A stretch of 55,112 nucleotides of DNA, counting the filler, from an uncultured virus (IMG/VR IMGVR_UViG_3300005239_003333) (lineage: Duplodnaviria > Heunggongvirae > Uroviricota > Caudoviricetes). It is 5 parts of one record of this genome, joined end to end, with 100 filler letters (N's around TTAATTAATTAA, not from the genome) between each part and the next. Parts side by side here need not be neighbours in the genome. Positions count along the whole stretch, not along the records: positions 5,294 to 22,432 come from IMGVR_UViG_3300005239_003333; positions 22,533 to 25,623 come from IMGVR_UViG_3300005239_003333; positions 25,724 to 53,101 come from IMGVR_UViG_3300005239_003333; 2 more parts are not named here. One strand, written 5' to 3'. The notes beneath the pieces are model-generated. The model was not told where the DNA came from. It saw only the letters and a list, made by a program, of their open reading frames with translations, and did not search any database. A program made the translations under genes and the position numbers. This document shows, in pieces, positions 18,056-28,185 of this stretch (position 1 is its first letter; each line of letters starts with the position of its first letter).

Positions 18056-18846
18056 TAATTAATAAATCTCTCAATCTAATGCAGTTTGACCCGTATATAA
18101 AGACGGAAGAAACGATATGTAAGTTACTGGAAAGAGATAAGGATGATATCTCTGATGATTATACTTTAATGTTTATGCCTCTAACTCATATAATTAACGA
18201 ATTAGGGGTACGTGCTGCAAATCAAGTCATTAATCACGAAAAAGGTGTAGTAAAAGATTCGCGAAGAGTTTTTGTATGTCAACATATTTTTGTTAATCAA
18301 TTAAATTTTTGCGATAGTGATATAGTTTTTACTCCTCATTCTAATATACAAGATAACTTTTATACGATACCTCATTATGCGGTAAATTTTAATAAACCAA
18401 TAGTAGAAAAGAAAGAAGGATTTTCTTTTTTAGGTTCAACCACTACACATTGGACAAGAAAAAAAATTACTGAAGCGTATGATAATTGCTATGATTCAGG
18501 TACACATTGGGGATTAGATAATAACCTTTCAAATGATTTTAAGCAAAAATATATTGACCATACTAATAAATTTAAGTATGCTCTATGCCCTAGAGGTACA
18601 GGTATTTCATCTGTAAGGCTTTTCGAAGCAATGGCAATGAACTGTACACCAATAATTATCGCTGACAATTATAAACTACCACTAGATAATATTATTAACT
18701 GGGGCGATTATATAATAAGAGTACCTGAAAGAGATGTTTTAAAAATAAAAGATTATATAGAACCAAAACGTGATATTTTGCAAATTTATAATAAATATTT
18801 TGCGAACGATAAACTGCACGAAGTTATTAATCATACCCTAAAATAG
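18052..18846 (+). CDS. exostosin-family (GT47) glycosyltransferase
   Basis: FSFLG, KYALCPRGTG..SVRLFEAM...CTPIIIAD...LP....W. Confidence 0.85.
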   Translation: MIINKSLNLMQFDPYIKTEETICKLLERDKDDISDDYTLMFMPLTHIINELGVRAANQVINHEKGVVKDSRRVFVCQHIFVNQLNFCDSDIVFTPHSNIQDNFYTIPHYAVNFNKPIVEKKEGFSFLGSTTTHWTRKKITEAYDNCYDSGTHWGLDNNLSNDFKQKYIDHTNKFKYALCPRGTGISSVRLFEAMAMNCTPIIIADNYKLPLDNIINWGDYIIRVPERDVLKIKDYIEPKRDILQIYNKYFANDKLHEVINHTLK

Positions 18847-18850
18847 ATAT

Positions 18851-19338
18851 ATGGAAGCAAATACACCAAAATTTTGGCCTAGTAAAGGCCATCTTAATTT
18901 AGATCAATATAATTTTATTAAAAATTTATTAAAAGATAAACATATTAAATACGGTTTAGAAACAGGATTTTGTACTGGTAGATCAGCTATCTCTGTTTTA
19001 ACAAATTGCCCGGATTTGAAAAAAATGATATCTATAGAAATTAATCTTGATTATGCTGGTTTAGGTGGAAGAGCTATGTCAAAAGTTCTCTGTGAAAATT
19101 TTAACTGTTATTCTGTAATCGAGTCTAATTCTAAAACGCAATTCTCTTCTAATTNNNNNNNNNNNNNNNNNNNNNNNNNNNNNNNNNNNNNNNNNNNNNN
19201 NNNNNNNNNNNNNNNNNNNNNNATTTACCCGATGTAAATAGGGCATGCGACGATTTTTACGAAAAAAATAAGGATATACTTATTAAGGATGAATGGAATA
19301 AAGATGGTAAAGGTTTTTGTATTTTTATTATAAAATAA
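18851..19338 (+). CDS. class I SAM-dependent methyltransferase (interrupted by N gap)
   Basis: LETGFCTGRSA motif I, ISIE; frame resumes after gap LPDVNRACDDF...IIK*. Confidence 0.65.
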
Positions 19339-19339
19339 T

Positions 19340-19368
19340 TTGATTAAGCTGGGGAACGTTCATATAAT
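19340..19368 (+). promoter_or_regulatory. promoter TTGATT-17-TATAAT containing GGAAC-N5-TATAAT
   Basis: GGAAC GTTCA TATAAT AGGTGT ATG. Confidence 0.6.
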
Positions 19369-19374
19369 AGGTGT

Positions 19375-19965
19375 ATGATAGTTAAAGATATTAAAGTGTA
19401 CGATGGCCCGTTAATTCATAAGAGATTTGCTTATGATTATTTTAGAAACAAGACATTACCTATAGGTAATATTATTGCATTTAGATGTCCGATGGATGTA
19501 AATGTTAGTGGTATGATCGATCAAGAAGACGTTCTCCAAGGTGATTATATTGCTAGTGATGATGCGATTAACTTTTGTTGGGAAATTCCTAACTTAGATA
19601 AGCTTGGCGCAGTCGCGTTTCAACGCTTACTAAATACTCAAATTGCAAATGTACTTTCTTCAAAATATCTTAAGAAGCCTATTGAAGTAGATGGCGATGA
19701 CCTAATGGTACACGACGAGTTTGAAGGTAGTGATGGCACATTACAAAAGGTTGGTAAATGTAGCGTTAGTATTACATATTCAAAAGATAATGTAGCTATC
19801 GGTCATACAGGCCTTAATGTTAATGCGGGTAGAACTGCTCCTAACTTCGCTTATAGCACCAAGCTTAACGATGAAGACGTTGAGCAATTTATGAAAGACA
19901 TTATTGATTTATTTTATGCTATGGTAGATGATATGTTTATTGCAACTACTAAAATTAATCTATAA
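19375..19965 (+). CDS. DUF366-like protein (BPL/LplA-like fold)
   Basis: YDG....FAY, I.F..P.DV..M.D.ED, F..E.P, FQRL, GDDL, K.SVSI, H.GLN pattern. Confidence 0.7.
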   Translation: MIVKDIKVYDGPLIHKRFAYDYFRNKTLPIGNIIAFRCPMDVNVSGMIDQEDVLQGDYIASDDAINFCWEIPNLDKLGAVAFQRLLNTQIANVLSSKYLKKPIEVDGDDLMVHDEFEGSDGTLQKVGKCSVSITYSKDNVAIGHTGLNVNAGRTAPNFAYSTKLNDEDVEQFMKDIIDLFYAMVDDMFIATTKINL

Positions 19966-19983
19966 AAAGTTTAAAAACTTTGG

Positions 19984-20346
19984 ATGAATATATTTCAATA
20001 TATAAACAGCCTTCTCTTTAGTAAAAAGAAAATAGATATTAATAGTGATGATGAATCTCAATTTAATCTTTTTATGCTTAATAGATGGTCTAGTATGTAT
20101 TCAAAAGAGCTCAATGAGTATATAAACGAGACATCGAACAAGTATTGGAATTTATTTGATGATAAGTTATCTCAATATAATTACCTCTATTCGCTAATAC
20201 CGAAATTAAAATATAAGCGTATAACTTATCTTAAGAAGACTAAAAAAGAAAAGAAGGTTAAAGAAGAGAAGCCTATAATTCCAGAATTTTATAGTGAGCG
20301 AGAATATAAACAACTTGTTGAATTAGAAAAATATGCTTGTAAATAG
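19984..20346 (+). CDS. gp62: clamp loader small subunit (T4 gp62-like)
   Basis: F.YINS....K, F..FM.NR..S, NE.N, QY.YL...IPK pattern. Confidence 0.7.
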   Translation: MNIFQYINSLLFSKKKIDINSDDESQFNLFMLNRWSSMYSKELNEYINETSNKYWNLFDDKLSQYNYLYSLIPKLKYKRITYLKKTKKEKKVKEEKPIIPEFYSEREYKQLVELEKYACK

Positions 20347-20351
20347 TTTAT

Positions 20352-20768
20352 ATGGCAGAAGCAAGTGTAGATAGTTTAAAGACAAAGAGAAGTTTAATTG
20401 ACCTGGATGGCCATAGTGATGGCGATTTTGGACTTGGAGATGAATATAATCTATCGTTTGTCTTTGACGATATTATACTAGTAGAGTTTATTGATGAAGA
20501 CTCTGACGGAGCGGGTGACTTAATCCAAAGAGATGGAATCTTCGTACCTACAAACACATTAAGCAAAGCATGGCGGAAGGGTAAAGTTATTTTAGCCGGC
20601 CCTGAAGTTAAATATGCTAAACGGAATGATATTGTTATGTTTCCGAATGATAAAGGTGCAACAGTATCAAATATGGTAATTGAAGGTTATGGCAAAATTG
20701 GTAAAGGTATGTTTTTAAATGAACAGCGCTTATTCGGTATATGTAAACCTATAAAAAAGAAAAAGTAA
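20352..20768 (+). CDS. groES: co-chaperonin GroES-like
   Basis: D.ILVE, GIFVP, GKVILAGP.V......D.V.F, FLNEQR.FG. Confidence 0.8.
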   Translation: MAEASVDSLKTKRSLIDLDGHSDGDFGLGDEYNLSFVFDDIILVEFIDEDSDGAGDLIQRDGIFVPTNTLSKAWRKGKVILAGPEVKYAKRNDIVMFPNDKGATVSNMVIEGYGKIGKGMFLNEQRLFGICKPIKKKK

Positions 20769-21134
20769 ATGCCTAAAATTGGATTAGCTGGATTAAAACA
20801 AACATTACAAAATAATGTATGTGAGATAAGATTTGCAAAAAGGAGAGAGCCGACTTTCCGGACAATGTTATGTACATTGGATCAAAACATATTAAATTCT
20901 GTTAACGGGAGAACGACATTAAACTATAAACCACCATCAAGACCACCGAAGTATAACCCGGAATCTAAAAATCTACTTCTTGTTTGGGATATTTTTATGC
21001 AAGATTGGAGAATGGTGAGTATGGATAATTGCGATCTTATAAAAACTGTTGCCGGGGATGATTTTTGGGAGTATTTTAATACTAATATCTATACTATGAC
21101 AATAGAAGAGAAGAACCAATTTATGGGACGATGA
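20769..21134 (+). CDS. WYL_2/DUF2693-like SH3-fold phage protein
   Basis: L..NVCEIRF.K...RTMLCTL...VWD....WR pattern. Confidence 0.6.
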   Translation: MPKIGLAGLKQTLQNNVCEIRFAKRREPTFRTMLCTLDQNILNSVNGRTTLNYKPPSRPPKYNPESKNLLLVWDIFMQDWRMVSMDNCDLIKTVAGDDFWEYFNTNIYTMTIEEKNQFMGR

Positions 21135-21475
21135 CAAAAATTGAAACTATAGAAAAAGAAATTAATAATTTTCTTTTAAGAGATATTATATTTTTTATCG
21201 AAAACGGTAAGACGGTAAAAAGGGGTAAGTTAATATTGTTTAGGTTTAAAGAATTTCACTTTAACTTTACACTTAAGACAGAAAAGGGTGATCATAAGAT
21301 TTATGAAATACCTTACCCGTATAGACATGAACCAGGTGTTAATTCATTAAAATTCTCGTATGATTTAGATGACTTTACCTTAAAAGATAGTACTTTGTAT
21401 TATACAGCTAAAACGATGAATAGTGATACAGCTAGTAAATTACATGGAGCAAAGCTTGTTTTATCTGCTGTATAA
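21131..21475 (+). CDS. hypothetical protein
   Basis: 114-aa ORF with ATGA overlap. Confidence 0.6.
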   Translation: MTKIETIEKEINNFLLRDIIFFIENGKTVKRGKLILFRFKEFHFNFTLKTEKGDHKIYEIPYPYRHEPGVNSLKFSYDLDDFTLKDSTLYYTAKTMNSDTASKLHGAKLVLSAV

Positions 21476-21491
21476 TATATAATAGAGGTAT

Positions 21492-22432
21492 ATGTCGAAT
21501 ACCTTTCTTTCAAACTTCCCGACTGGTTATGAGCCCAGTAAGCAGCAAACAAAGCTATTAAAGCAGATAGAAGCAGCGTTTCAAGATAATAAGTTTGTAA
21601 TATGTTGCGCACCGACCGGTAGTGGTAAGAGCTTTATATCAAAAACCCTCTCAAATGTATCAGACGACTGCACTAGCAGCTTTAGGGGTATGGTTGAAAA
21701 TTATGATGCTTTTAAAATGGATCAATCTGGAGGTTTCGTATATGAGCAGGAGTGCAGTAACGAGCCACCAGCAGGGGCTTTCGCACTTACTATAACAAAG
21801 ACACTTCAAGATCAATATAAGGATTTATTCGATGATACTAAACTAGTAAAGGGTAAGAGTAACTATCAAAGTACTATAGATTCGAGCATAGATGTAGAGC
21901 TCGAATCTATAATTATACCTAGAAAGATTCTAGAAGATCACAGGCATAGTAATTTATGCCCGTATCATAATGATAGAAATGAAGCACTAGTTAGTAGATT
22001 TTCAGCTCTTAATTATAAAATGTTTTTATCGCTACCAGGCCATATAAAACATAAAAACTATATTATCTGTGACGAAGCATCCGAACTTGAAGATGAGATA
22101 ATTCGTCAATTTTCAATCCTTATTGATATAAAGAAGCTGAGAAAGTTCAACGTTAAGATATTTCCTCTAAACTCTACGAAGCCCGAAACAGTTAGAAAGT
22201 GGGTTGATGAAATACTATCGACAATATCTGAACATATCGGGGATATCCATGATAAGTCGCGCGCGGGATTAACGCAGAGTGAAACTACTAAGTTGAGATA
22301 TTTAAAAAATACTCATCGAACGCTATCTCTAATATCCGAAACTTGGGATAAATGTGAATATATTGTACAAGTCGAAGATAAATTCAATATTAAAGTTACC
22401 CCGCTCAAGGTGGACATGTTAACGAAATACAT
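21492..22432 (+). CDS. DinG/Rad3-like SF2 helicase (3' truncated)
   Basis: Q motif, APTGSGKS, LQDQY, KGKSNY, CPY, DEAS. Confidence 0.8.
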
Positions 22433-22532
22433 NNNNNNNNNNNNNNNNNNNNNNNNNNNNNNNNNNNNNNNNNNNNTTAATTAATTAANNNNNNNNNNNN
22501 NNNNNNNNNNNNNNNNNNNNNNNNNNNNNNNN
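22433..22532. other. artificial contig linker
   Basis: N-TTAATTAATTAA-N. Confidence 0.97.
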
Positions 22533-22633
22533 CTGACCCGTACTTTCCGGAAGTTCTTTTAGCTCGTCTCTTAGTATCGGTAGGTGCTTTAAAATCTTCT
22601 AATATATTTTTAACTAAGCTGTTGAAATCCATA
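22533..22633 (-). CDS. N-terminus of a late protein (truncated)
   Basis: MDFNSLVKNILEDF...; AATAAATA immediately upstream. Confidence 0.4.
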
Positions 22634-22651
22634 TAAATATTTATTATAATT

Positions 22652-23026
22652 ATGTTAATGCCGAGCACACAAAAAATCAAATGTATAATAACTGGTAAAC
22701 AAACAGTATATTCTGGCGACTTCCTACAGAAAAAAATACAAGAATATGGATCCGAAGAAAAACTCAATAAGCTTTATATATGCCGCGAGGTAAAAAGCTT
22801 CTTTAAAAAGGGGTACGGTGTTCAAGATATAAGAAAAATTTTGAATGTTGATGATAATCTACCCCTCCCAGACGAAGCAACTTTAAAAGAAATTGAAGAT
22901 ACGTTTCGAAAAGAGAGTATTTTAAAAGAACATCCGACATTTAACGAGGCATTAACGTCATTTACTTATAATAAGTCAGATCCTGACGTTGAAAAGTTCA
23001 TAAAAGACTATATAATTATATCATGA
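22652..23026 (+). CDS. hypothetical protein
   Basis: 124-aa ORF; TTGAAA-17-TATAAT upstream. Confidence 0.6.
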   Translation: MLMPSTQKIKCIITGKQTVYSGDFLQKKIQEYGSEEKLNKLYICREVKSFFKKGYGVQDIRKILNVDDNLPLPDEATLKEIEDTFRKESILKEHPTFNEALTSFTYNKSDPDVEKFIKDYIIIS

Positions 23027-23241
23027 GTTTAACAGCAAGAATTAAAAATAACGCAGTCGAGATATTCGATGTAAAAACTGGCGGCATACAACGGACACAT
23101 ACGCTACCCCCGGGTAGTTACTCAAGTGTAGTAGTGGTAGGTGACAATGTTTCTGTTACTATTAAGACACAGTATGGTAGCGACAAAATTAGAACTATCA
23201 ATATGAGAACCGGCGCGATCGTAAGTGAGCTAAGCATGTAA
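23023..23241 (+). CDS. hypothetical protein
   Basis: 72-aa ORF, translationally coupled. Confidence 0.55.
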   Translation: MSLTARIKNNAVEIFDVKTGGIQRTHTLPPGSYSSVVVVGDNVSVTIKTQYGSDKIRTINMRTGAIVSELSM

Positions 23242-23759
23242 TGATAGATATATCTTTAGTTGAACAGTCAGTTGATACAGAGTCGTATACCATGTTTAAT
23301 GATGAACGACCTTGTTTATTCTTAGGGTTTGCTGTTAAGAATGAGTATGATAATCAGCGCTTATGTATTTCAGAAACATACAAACCAAAAAAGCAGCTGT
23401 TTGCTTTTAAGCGCGAAGTAGACGGTAAAGTATCTTATGATATGCTACCGCTATATGGATTATTTTTAGATCTAAATGAAGCGGGTAAAAATATTGCCCG
23501 TACATTAGTTGCGCAAGATAAACAACAAATGCATTTAAACTTATATGAAGATATTTTAAATGAATATAATTTTTCCTGTACAGACTCTTATTCGTATCTA
23601 AACAAAGGTATATACCCGTTTGATTTCGAGCATTTTACAGAATTAACTAACGATAAAATAGTTAAGGATAAAAAAATACTACAACATATGTTAGATATCG
23701 ATGATAATAAATTTGATTTTCAAAAATTCGGTGCTTTTAAGCTATTAATATTAGGATAA
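23241..23759 (+). CDS. hypothetical protein
   Basis: 172-aa ORF, TAATG overlap. Confidence 0.6.
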   Translation: MIDISLVEQSVDTESYTMFNDERPCLFLGFAVKNEYDNQRLCISETYKPKKQLFAFKREVDGKVSYDMLPLYGLFLDLNEAGKNIARTLVAQDKQQMHLNLYEDILNEYNFSCTDSYSYLNKGIYPFDFEHFTELTNDKIVKDKKILQHMLDIDDNKFDFQKFGAFKLLILG

Positions 23760-23777
23760 GACTGTAAATAAATTAGT

Positions 23778-25623
23778 ATGAATATTAAGAAAAGAAGCGG
23801 GGAATCTGTCCCATATGATGTGGATAAAATACATAGAGTGGTAAATTGGGCAGTTAATGATATTAAAGGAGTCACAGCTTCAGATATCGAAATAAATGCA
23901 AATTTACAAAAAAGAGAGGGTATGTCTACCGGTGAGATACATAACGTTTTAATTGATTCCGCGGTAAATTTAATAAGCTTAAATAATCCTAATTATCAAT
24001 ATGTTGCATCTAGATTACTTTCATACCAACTGCGTAAAGATGTATGGGGCGGTAAGAATCCTCCTAAGTTATTAGATTTTATTAATAAGAATGTACATGA
24101 GTGCGATGTATATGATGAAGACATCTTAATGCTATATAACAATAGTGAGATTAATAAATTAGACGAATATATAGATCATGAAAGAGATAATCTTTTTACA
24201 TACGCTGGCATGCGTCAGTTATGTGACAAGTATCTAATTCAAGATAGATCCGAGACTAAGATTTACGAAACACCACAATTTGCATATATGATTATTGCTA
24301 TGGTTTGCTTTGGTAAATATAAAGGTGCGCAGCGTATATCTTATGTTAAGAAAGCCTATGATTACTTTTCTAGGTTTAAGATAAATTTACCGACCCCGTT
24401 AATGGCTGGTGTTCGTAGCAAGATAAGACAATATGCATCATGCTGTTTAATCGACATAGATGATACCCTACCTTCTATCTTTTCCTCATCTACAGCTGCC
24501 GGGTACGCAACTGGTTCTCGTTACGGAATTGGTTTAAATATAGGTCGTATACGACCGATTAACTCCCCTATAAGAAAAGGTGAAGTAATGCATACAGGCG
24601 TTATACCCTTCCTCAAGTTAATGGAATCGACTGTTAAGTCATGCCATCAGAATGGTATTAGAGGGGGCTCTGCTACCGTTAACTTTCCTTTCTGGCATTA
24701 CGAGGTAGAAGATATGCTCGTACTTAAAAATAATTCAGGTACTGATGATAATAGAGTTCGTAAGCTTGATTATTGTATTCAGTTTAGTGAACTATTTTAT
24801 AAGAGATTTTTGAAGAACGAAGATATTACTTTATTTTCGCCTTACGAAGCCAAGGAGCTTTATGATGCTTTTGGTCATGAGAACTTTGATGAGTTATATG
24901 AGCAATACGAACGTAAAACTAGTTTAAGATTTAAAAAGACTGTATCTGCAAGAAAGTTAATGTCATTATTCGTAAAAGAAAGAGTAGAGACCGGTAGAAT
25001 ATACTTTATGAATCTCGATCATTGTAATCAGAAGTCCGCTTGGGATGTGGATGTTAAGATGACAAACTTATGCGTTGAAGTATTACATCCAACTAAACCA
25101 TTACAACATACAGATGATAAAGATGCTGAGATAGGTATATGTATACTATCAGCTGTTAATGTCCTTGAGATTCAATCAGATGCAGAAATGGAAAAGGTAT
25201 GTGATATTGTTGTTCGTATATTAGATCAATTGATAGATTATCAGGATTACTTCTTACCTGCTGCTGAAAACTTTACTAAAAATCGTAGATCATTAGGTAT
25301 AGGTATTACTAACTTTGCTGCATATCTCGCAAAACAAGGTGTAAAATATACAGATGAAGATGCGCCGAACGTAGCTGATGAGTTAATGGAAAAGGTTCAA
25401 TATTATCTTTTAAGTTCATCATGCTCTATAGCAGAAGAAAAAGGAGCGTGTCCCAAATTTAGTGATACAAAATATAGTAAGGGTTGGTTACCTATCGATA
25501 ATTATAAGAAAGAAATTGATGAATTCGTAACTAGAAAAAATTCTATGGACTGGGAAGGTTTACGAGCAAGAATAAAAGAGTTTGGCCTCAGGCACAGTAC
25601 TGTATCAGCTATAATGCCCTGCG
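23778..25623 (+). CDS. nrdA: ribonucleotide reductase class Ia alpha subunit (3' truncated)
   Basis: ATP cone, ETPQF, PTP, SCCL, QNGIRGG, TNLCVE, SAIMP. Confidence 0.97.
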
Positions 25624-25723
25624 NNNNNNNNNNNNNNNNNNNNNNNNNNNNNNNNNNNNNNNNNNNNTTAATTAATTAANNNNNNNNNNNNNNNNNNNNN
25701 NNNNNNNNNNNNNNNNNNNNNNN
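25624..25723. other. artificial contig linker
   Basis: N-TTAATTAATTAA-N. Confidence 0.97.
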
Positions 25724-26184
25724 AGATGGAAGGTAATGCTAAAATTATCGGTCTTATTGCAAGAGATGAAAACTTGCATGCTGCTATTACGCAAAATATT
25801 ATCAAGTATTGGAAAGAAAATAAAGATGAAGGTTTCCAGCAAGTAGTTAAAGATAATGAGCAAAAGATTTATGACATGTATGGTCTAGCAGTAGAGAATG
25901 AAAAGAAGTGGGCTGAATATCTCTTCTCGAACGGTTCTTTATTAGGTCTAAATGCAGAAATGTTAAATGGTTATATCGAATGGTTGGCTAATACAAGATT
26001 ACGTTCTTTAGGGTATGATAAGATCTTTGATCAAACAACTAACCCAATTGGTGGTTGGTTAAACGGTTATACCGATAGCTCGAAAGTTCAAGTCGCGCCT
26101 CAAGAAACAGAAATTAGTTCTTATAAAATAGGTGCTAGAGACACAGAAATTAACGAAGAAGAGTTTGAAGGCTTCGATCTTTAG
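25724..26184 (+). CDS. nrdB: ribonucleotide reductase beta subunit, C-terminal part
   Basis: MEGNAKII.LIARDENLH, EKKWAEYLF, QVAPQETEISSY. Confidence 0.95.
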
Positions 26185-26198
26185 TATAAATAATTATT

Positions 26199-26432
26199 AT
26201 GGCAAATTACATTGAAGCAATTAAACAGAAGCTAACAGGTCAGCGTGATATTGAAATATCTGATTTAGAAGTTTACATGACAAACAGAGTCGCTATTGGT
26301 GAACATCCCAATATTGGCGAAGAAATAGAAAAAAAGATCGAGGCTATTGATAGTTTAGATTCTAAGATTGATACAATCGATAAGTATTTTTCTGCACCAG
26401 CGCCAACTGAAGGCGACGTACAAGAGTCTTAG
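26199..26432 (+). CDS. conserved-looking small phage protein
   Basis: VAIGEHPNI motif; TATAAATA at 26185. Confidence 0.6.
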   Translation: MANYIEAIKQKLTGQRDIEISDLEVYMTNRVAIGEHPNIGEEIEKKIEAIDSLDSKIDTIDKYFSAPAPTEGDVQES

Positions 26433-26497
26433 GGGGTAGTTCCTTAAGATAAAAAAAATAGTTGATTATAGTATCCTGTACTATATAATATACGACT

Positions 26498-27244
26498 ATG
26501 ATAAATAAAAAATACATTATCGTTGGGGCTCTGGTAGCTGTTGTCGCATATCTTACGATGTGCGGTAGCAAAGCAGAAGCCCAAGAAACAGAAACTAAAA
26601 GCTGGCAGCTTGATACTGAAGTCGGATACTATGAAAAGCGTATCTCAGGTGGATTGTATGGCGCCCAAGAAGCAGGGTATGTTAAAGCTGCAACAAAGAT
26701 TGGCAATTTTGCCGGTCTAGCGTTTGTTGGTAGTTTTGAATATGTTGACGCTGAAAGCTATCAACTACATAGTACCCTTGGTACTTATCTACAAACACCG
26801 GTCGGTGGTGTCGATACTCGAGTAGTTATCCATTCAGGAGAAGCTGCGGAAACGACATATGAGCTCAACGGAGCTTATGACCTTAATTGGTTCGACTTTG
26901 TAGATACCTCATTAACCGTATCGGTTGAAAATGGTGACGAAGCTGGTGGCGATCTAGGGGTGTATATTACTACACCATCTCTGGTAGTATCTAAGACGGT
27001 CAACTTGAATGAACATTTTGATGTTGTTTTAGGTGGTGAATACGGGCAGACAATTGGTCTCGATGAAGAGATTGATTTTACTCACGTATTCGCTCGTTTA
27101 GAAACAGTAGCAGGTAAATTACCTATATTCGTTCAATGGAACTGGGTTAAGAATAACTTAGCTGTTGAGAACGCATTTTCGTCAGAAGGTACTGATGGTG
27201 AATTTGACGGGTCAATTACCGCTGGTGTAGCGTTTAGTTTCTAA
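26498..27244 (+). CDS. putative outer-membrane beta-barrel protein
   Basis: Signal peptide, alternating amphipathic beta strands, C-terminal beta-signal AGVAFSF; own TTGATT-16-TATAAT promoter and terminator. Confidence 0.7.
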   Translation: MINKKYIIVGALVAVVAYLTMCGSKAEAQETETKSWQLDTEVGYYEKRISGGLYGAQEAGYVKAATKIGNFAGLAFVGSFEYVDAESYQLHSTLGTYLQTPVGGVDTRVVIHSGEAAETTYELNGAYDLNWFDFVDTSLTVSVENGDEAGGDLGVYITTPSLVVSKTVNLNEHFDVVLGGEYGQTIGLDEEIDFTHVFARLETVAGKLPIFVQWNWVKNNLAVENAFSSEGTDGEFDGSITAGVAFSF

Positions 27245-27263
27245 TTAAATAAAAAAACTTACT

Positions 27264-27292
27264 AAGCGCGGCTGAAAAGTCGCGCTTTTTTT
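27264..27292 (+). terminator. Rho-independent terminator
   Basis: AAGCGCGGCT-GAAA-AGTCGCGCTT followed by T-run. Confidence 0.85.
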
Positions 27293-27328
27293 ATGCCTTT
27301 TTAAACTTAGAGAGTAAATATTTTAGTT

Positions 27329-27571
27329 ATGGAAATCCTAATATACACTACAGCTTGGCTTGCAGTTAGCGGAATATTTGCAATGCTTTTATTGTCAAAT
27401 GACCCTTATGTTAAGGCCAAAAAACTTGCTGATATCGCTCTAGAGCGTATCGAAGTACTAAAACATAAGTGGCTTGAATCTGAAAAAGTTGGACATGACA
27501 TTGGTATGGAAAAAGCCAAGAAATCTTGGAAGAAGAACCATGCAAAGAAATGGAAAGCTAGCAGGAAATAA
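27329..27571 (+). CDS. DUF4032-like protein with N-terminal TM helix
   Basis: ERIEVLKHKWLESEKVGHDIG.EKA..SW...H...W motif. Confidence 0.7.
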   Translation: MEILIYTTAWLAVSGIFAMLLLSNDPYVKAKKLADIALERIEVLKHKWLESEKVGHDIGMEKAKKSWKKNHAKKWKASRK

Positions 27572-27598
27572 AGCTGCTTATTAAATTAGAAAATTAGC

Positions 27599-27633
27599 AA
27601 GCCAGTCTCTTAATTGAGGCTGGCTTTTTCTTT
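27599..27633 (+). terminator. Rho-independent terminator
   Basis: AAGCCAGTCTC-TTAATT-GAGGCTGGCTT plus T-run. Confidence 0.8.
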
Positions 27634-27666
27634 GAGTTTTTGAACTCTATAAATAAATATTTTTCT

Positions 27667-28086
27667 ATGACTAAACTAACTACAATGAGAGGGCATACAA
27701 ACCCCATAAATGAACTAGAGCAAGCCTTAAACGGCTTTTTTAACATCGCACCAGTCTTCCATAATTTGGAAGAAGTATATACCACTGGTGATCAAGTACG
27801 ATTCGCCCAACGAGAGGAAGGGCTTACTGTGCAAATCGATGTCCCTGGAGTGAAGAAAGACGACCTAGACTTAAAGGTAGATTCAGAGCGAAGAGATATC
27901 TATATTGAAGGTAAGAGAACTATCCTAACCCATGATAGTCAGAAAACCCAAACATACAATAGAAGTTTTTCTGTTGGTAAAGAGTATGATCTCAATAAAA
28001 TAAAATTCGCATACGCTGATGGTACACTTGAAGTAAGCGTTCCTCGAAGAAAAAAAGAGGAATACATTAAAAAGTATACCATATAA
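27667..28086 (+). CDS. small heat shock protein Hsp20
   Basis: DVPGVKKDDL, NRSF, IKFAYADGTLEVSVP alpha-crystallin motifs; TATAAATA at 27648. Confidence 0.88.
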   Translation: MTKLTTMRGHTNPINELEQALNGFFNIAPVFHNLEEVYTTGDQVRFAQREEGLTVQIDVPGVKKDDLDLKVDSERRDIYIEGKRTILTHDSQKTQTYNRSFSVGKEYDLNKIKFAYADGTLEVSVPRRKKEEYIKKYTI

Positions 28087-28185
28087 CCTAAATAAAAATA
28101 GGTCGGAGCATTCAACAAAAAAATACAGGGGTCGGTTGGTGGGAATTTTTTTGGATAAACGCGTGTACGTATATAAATATCTAAT

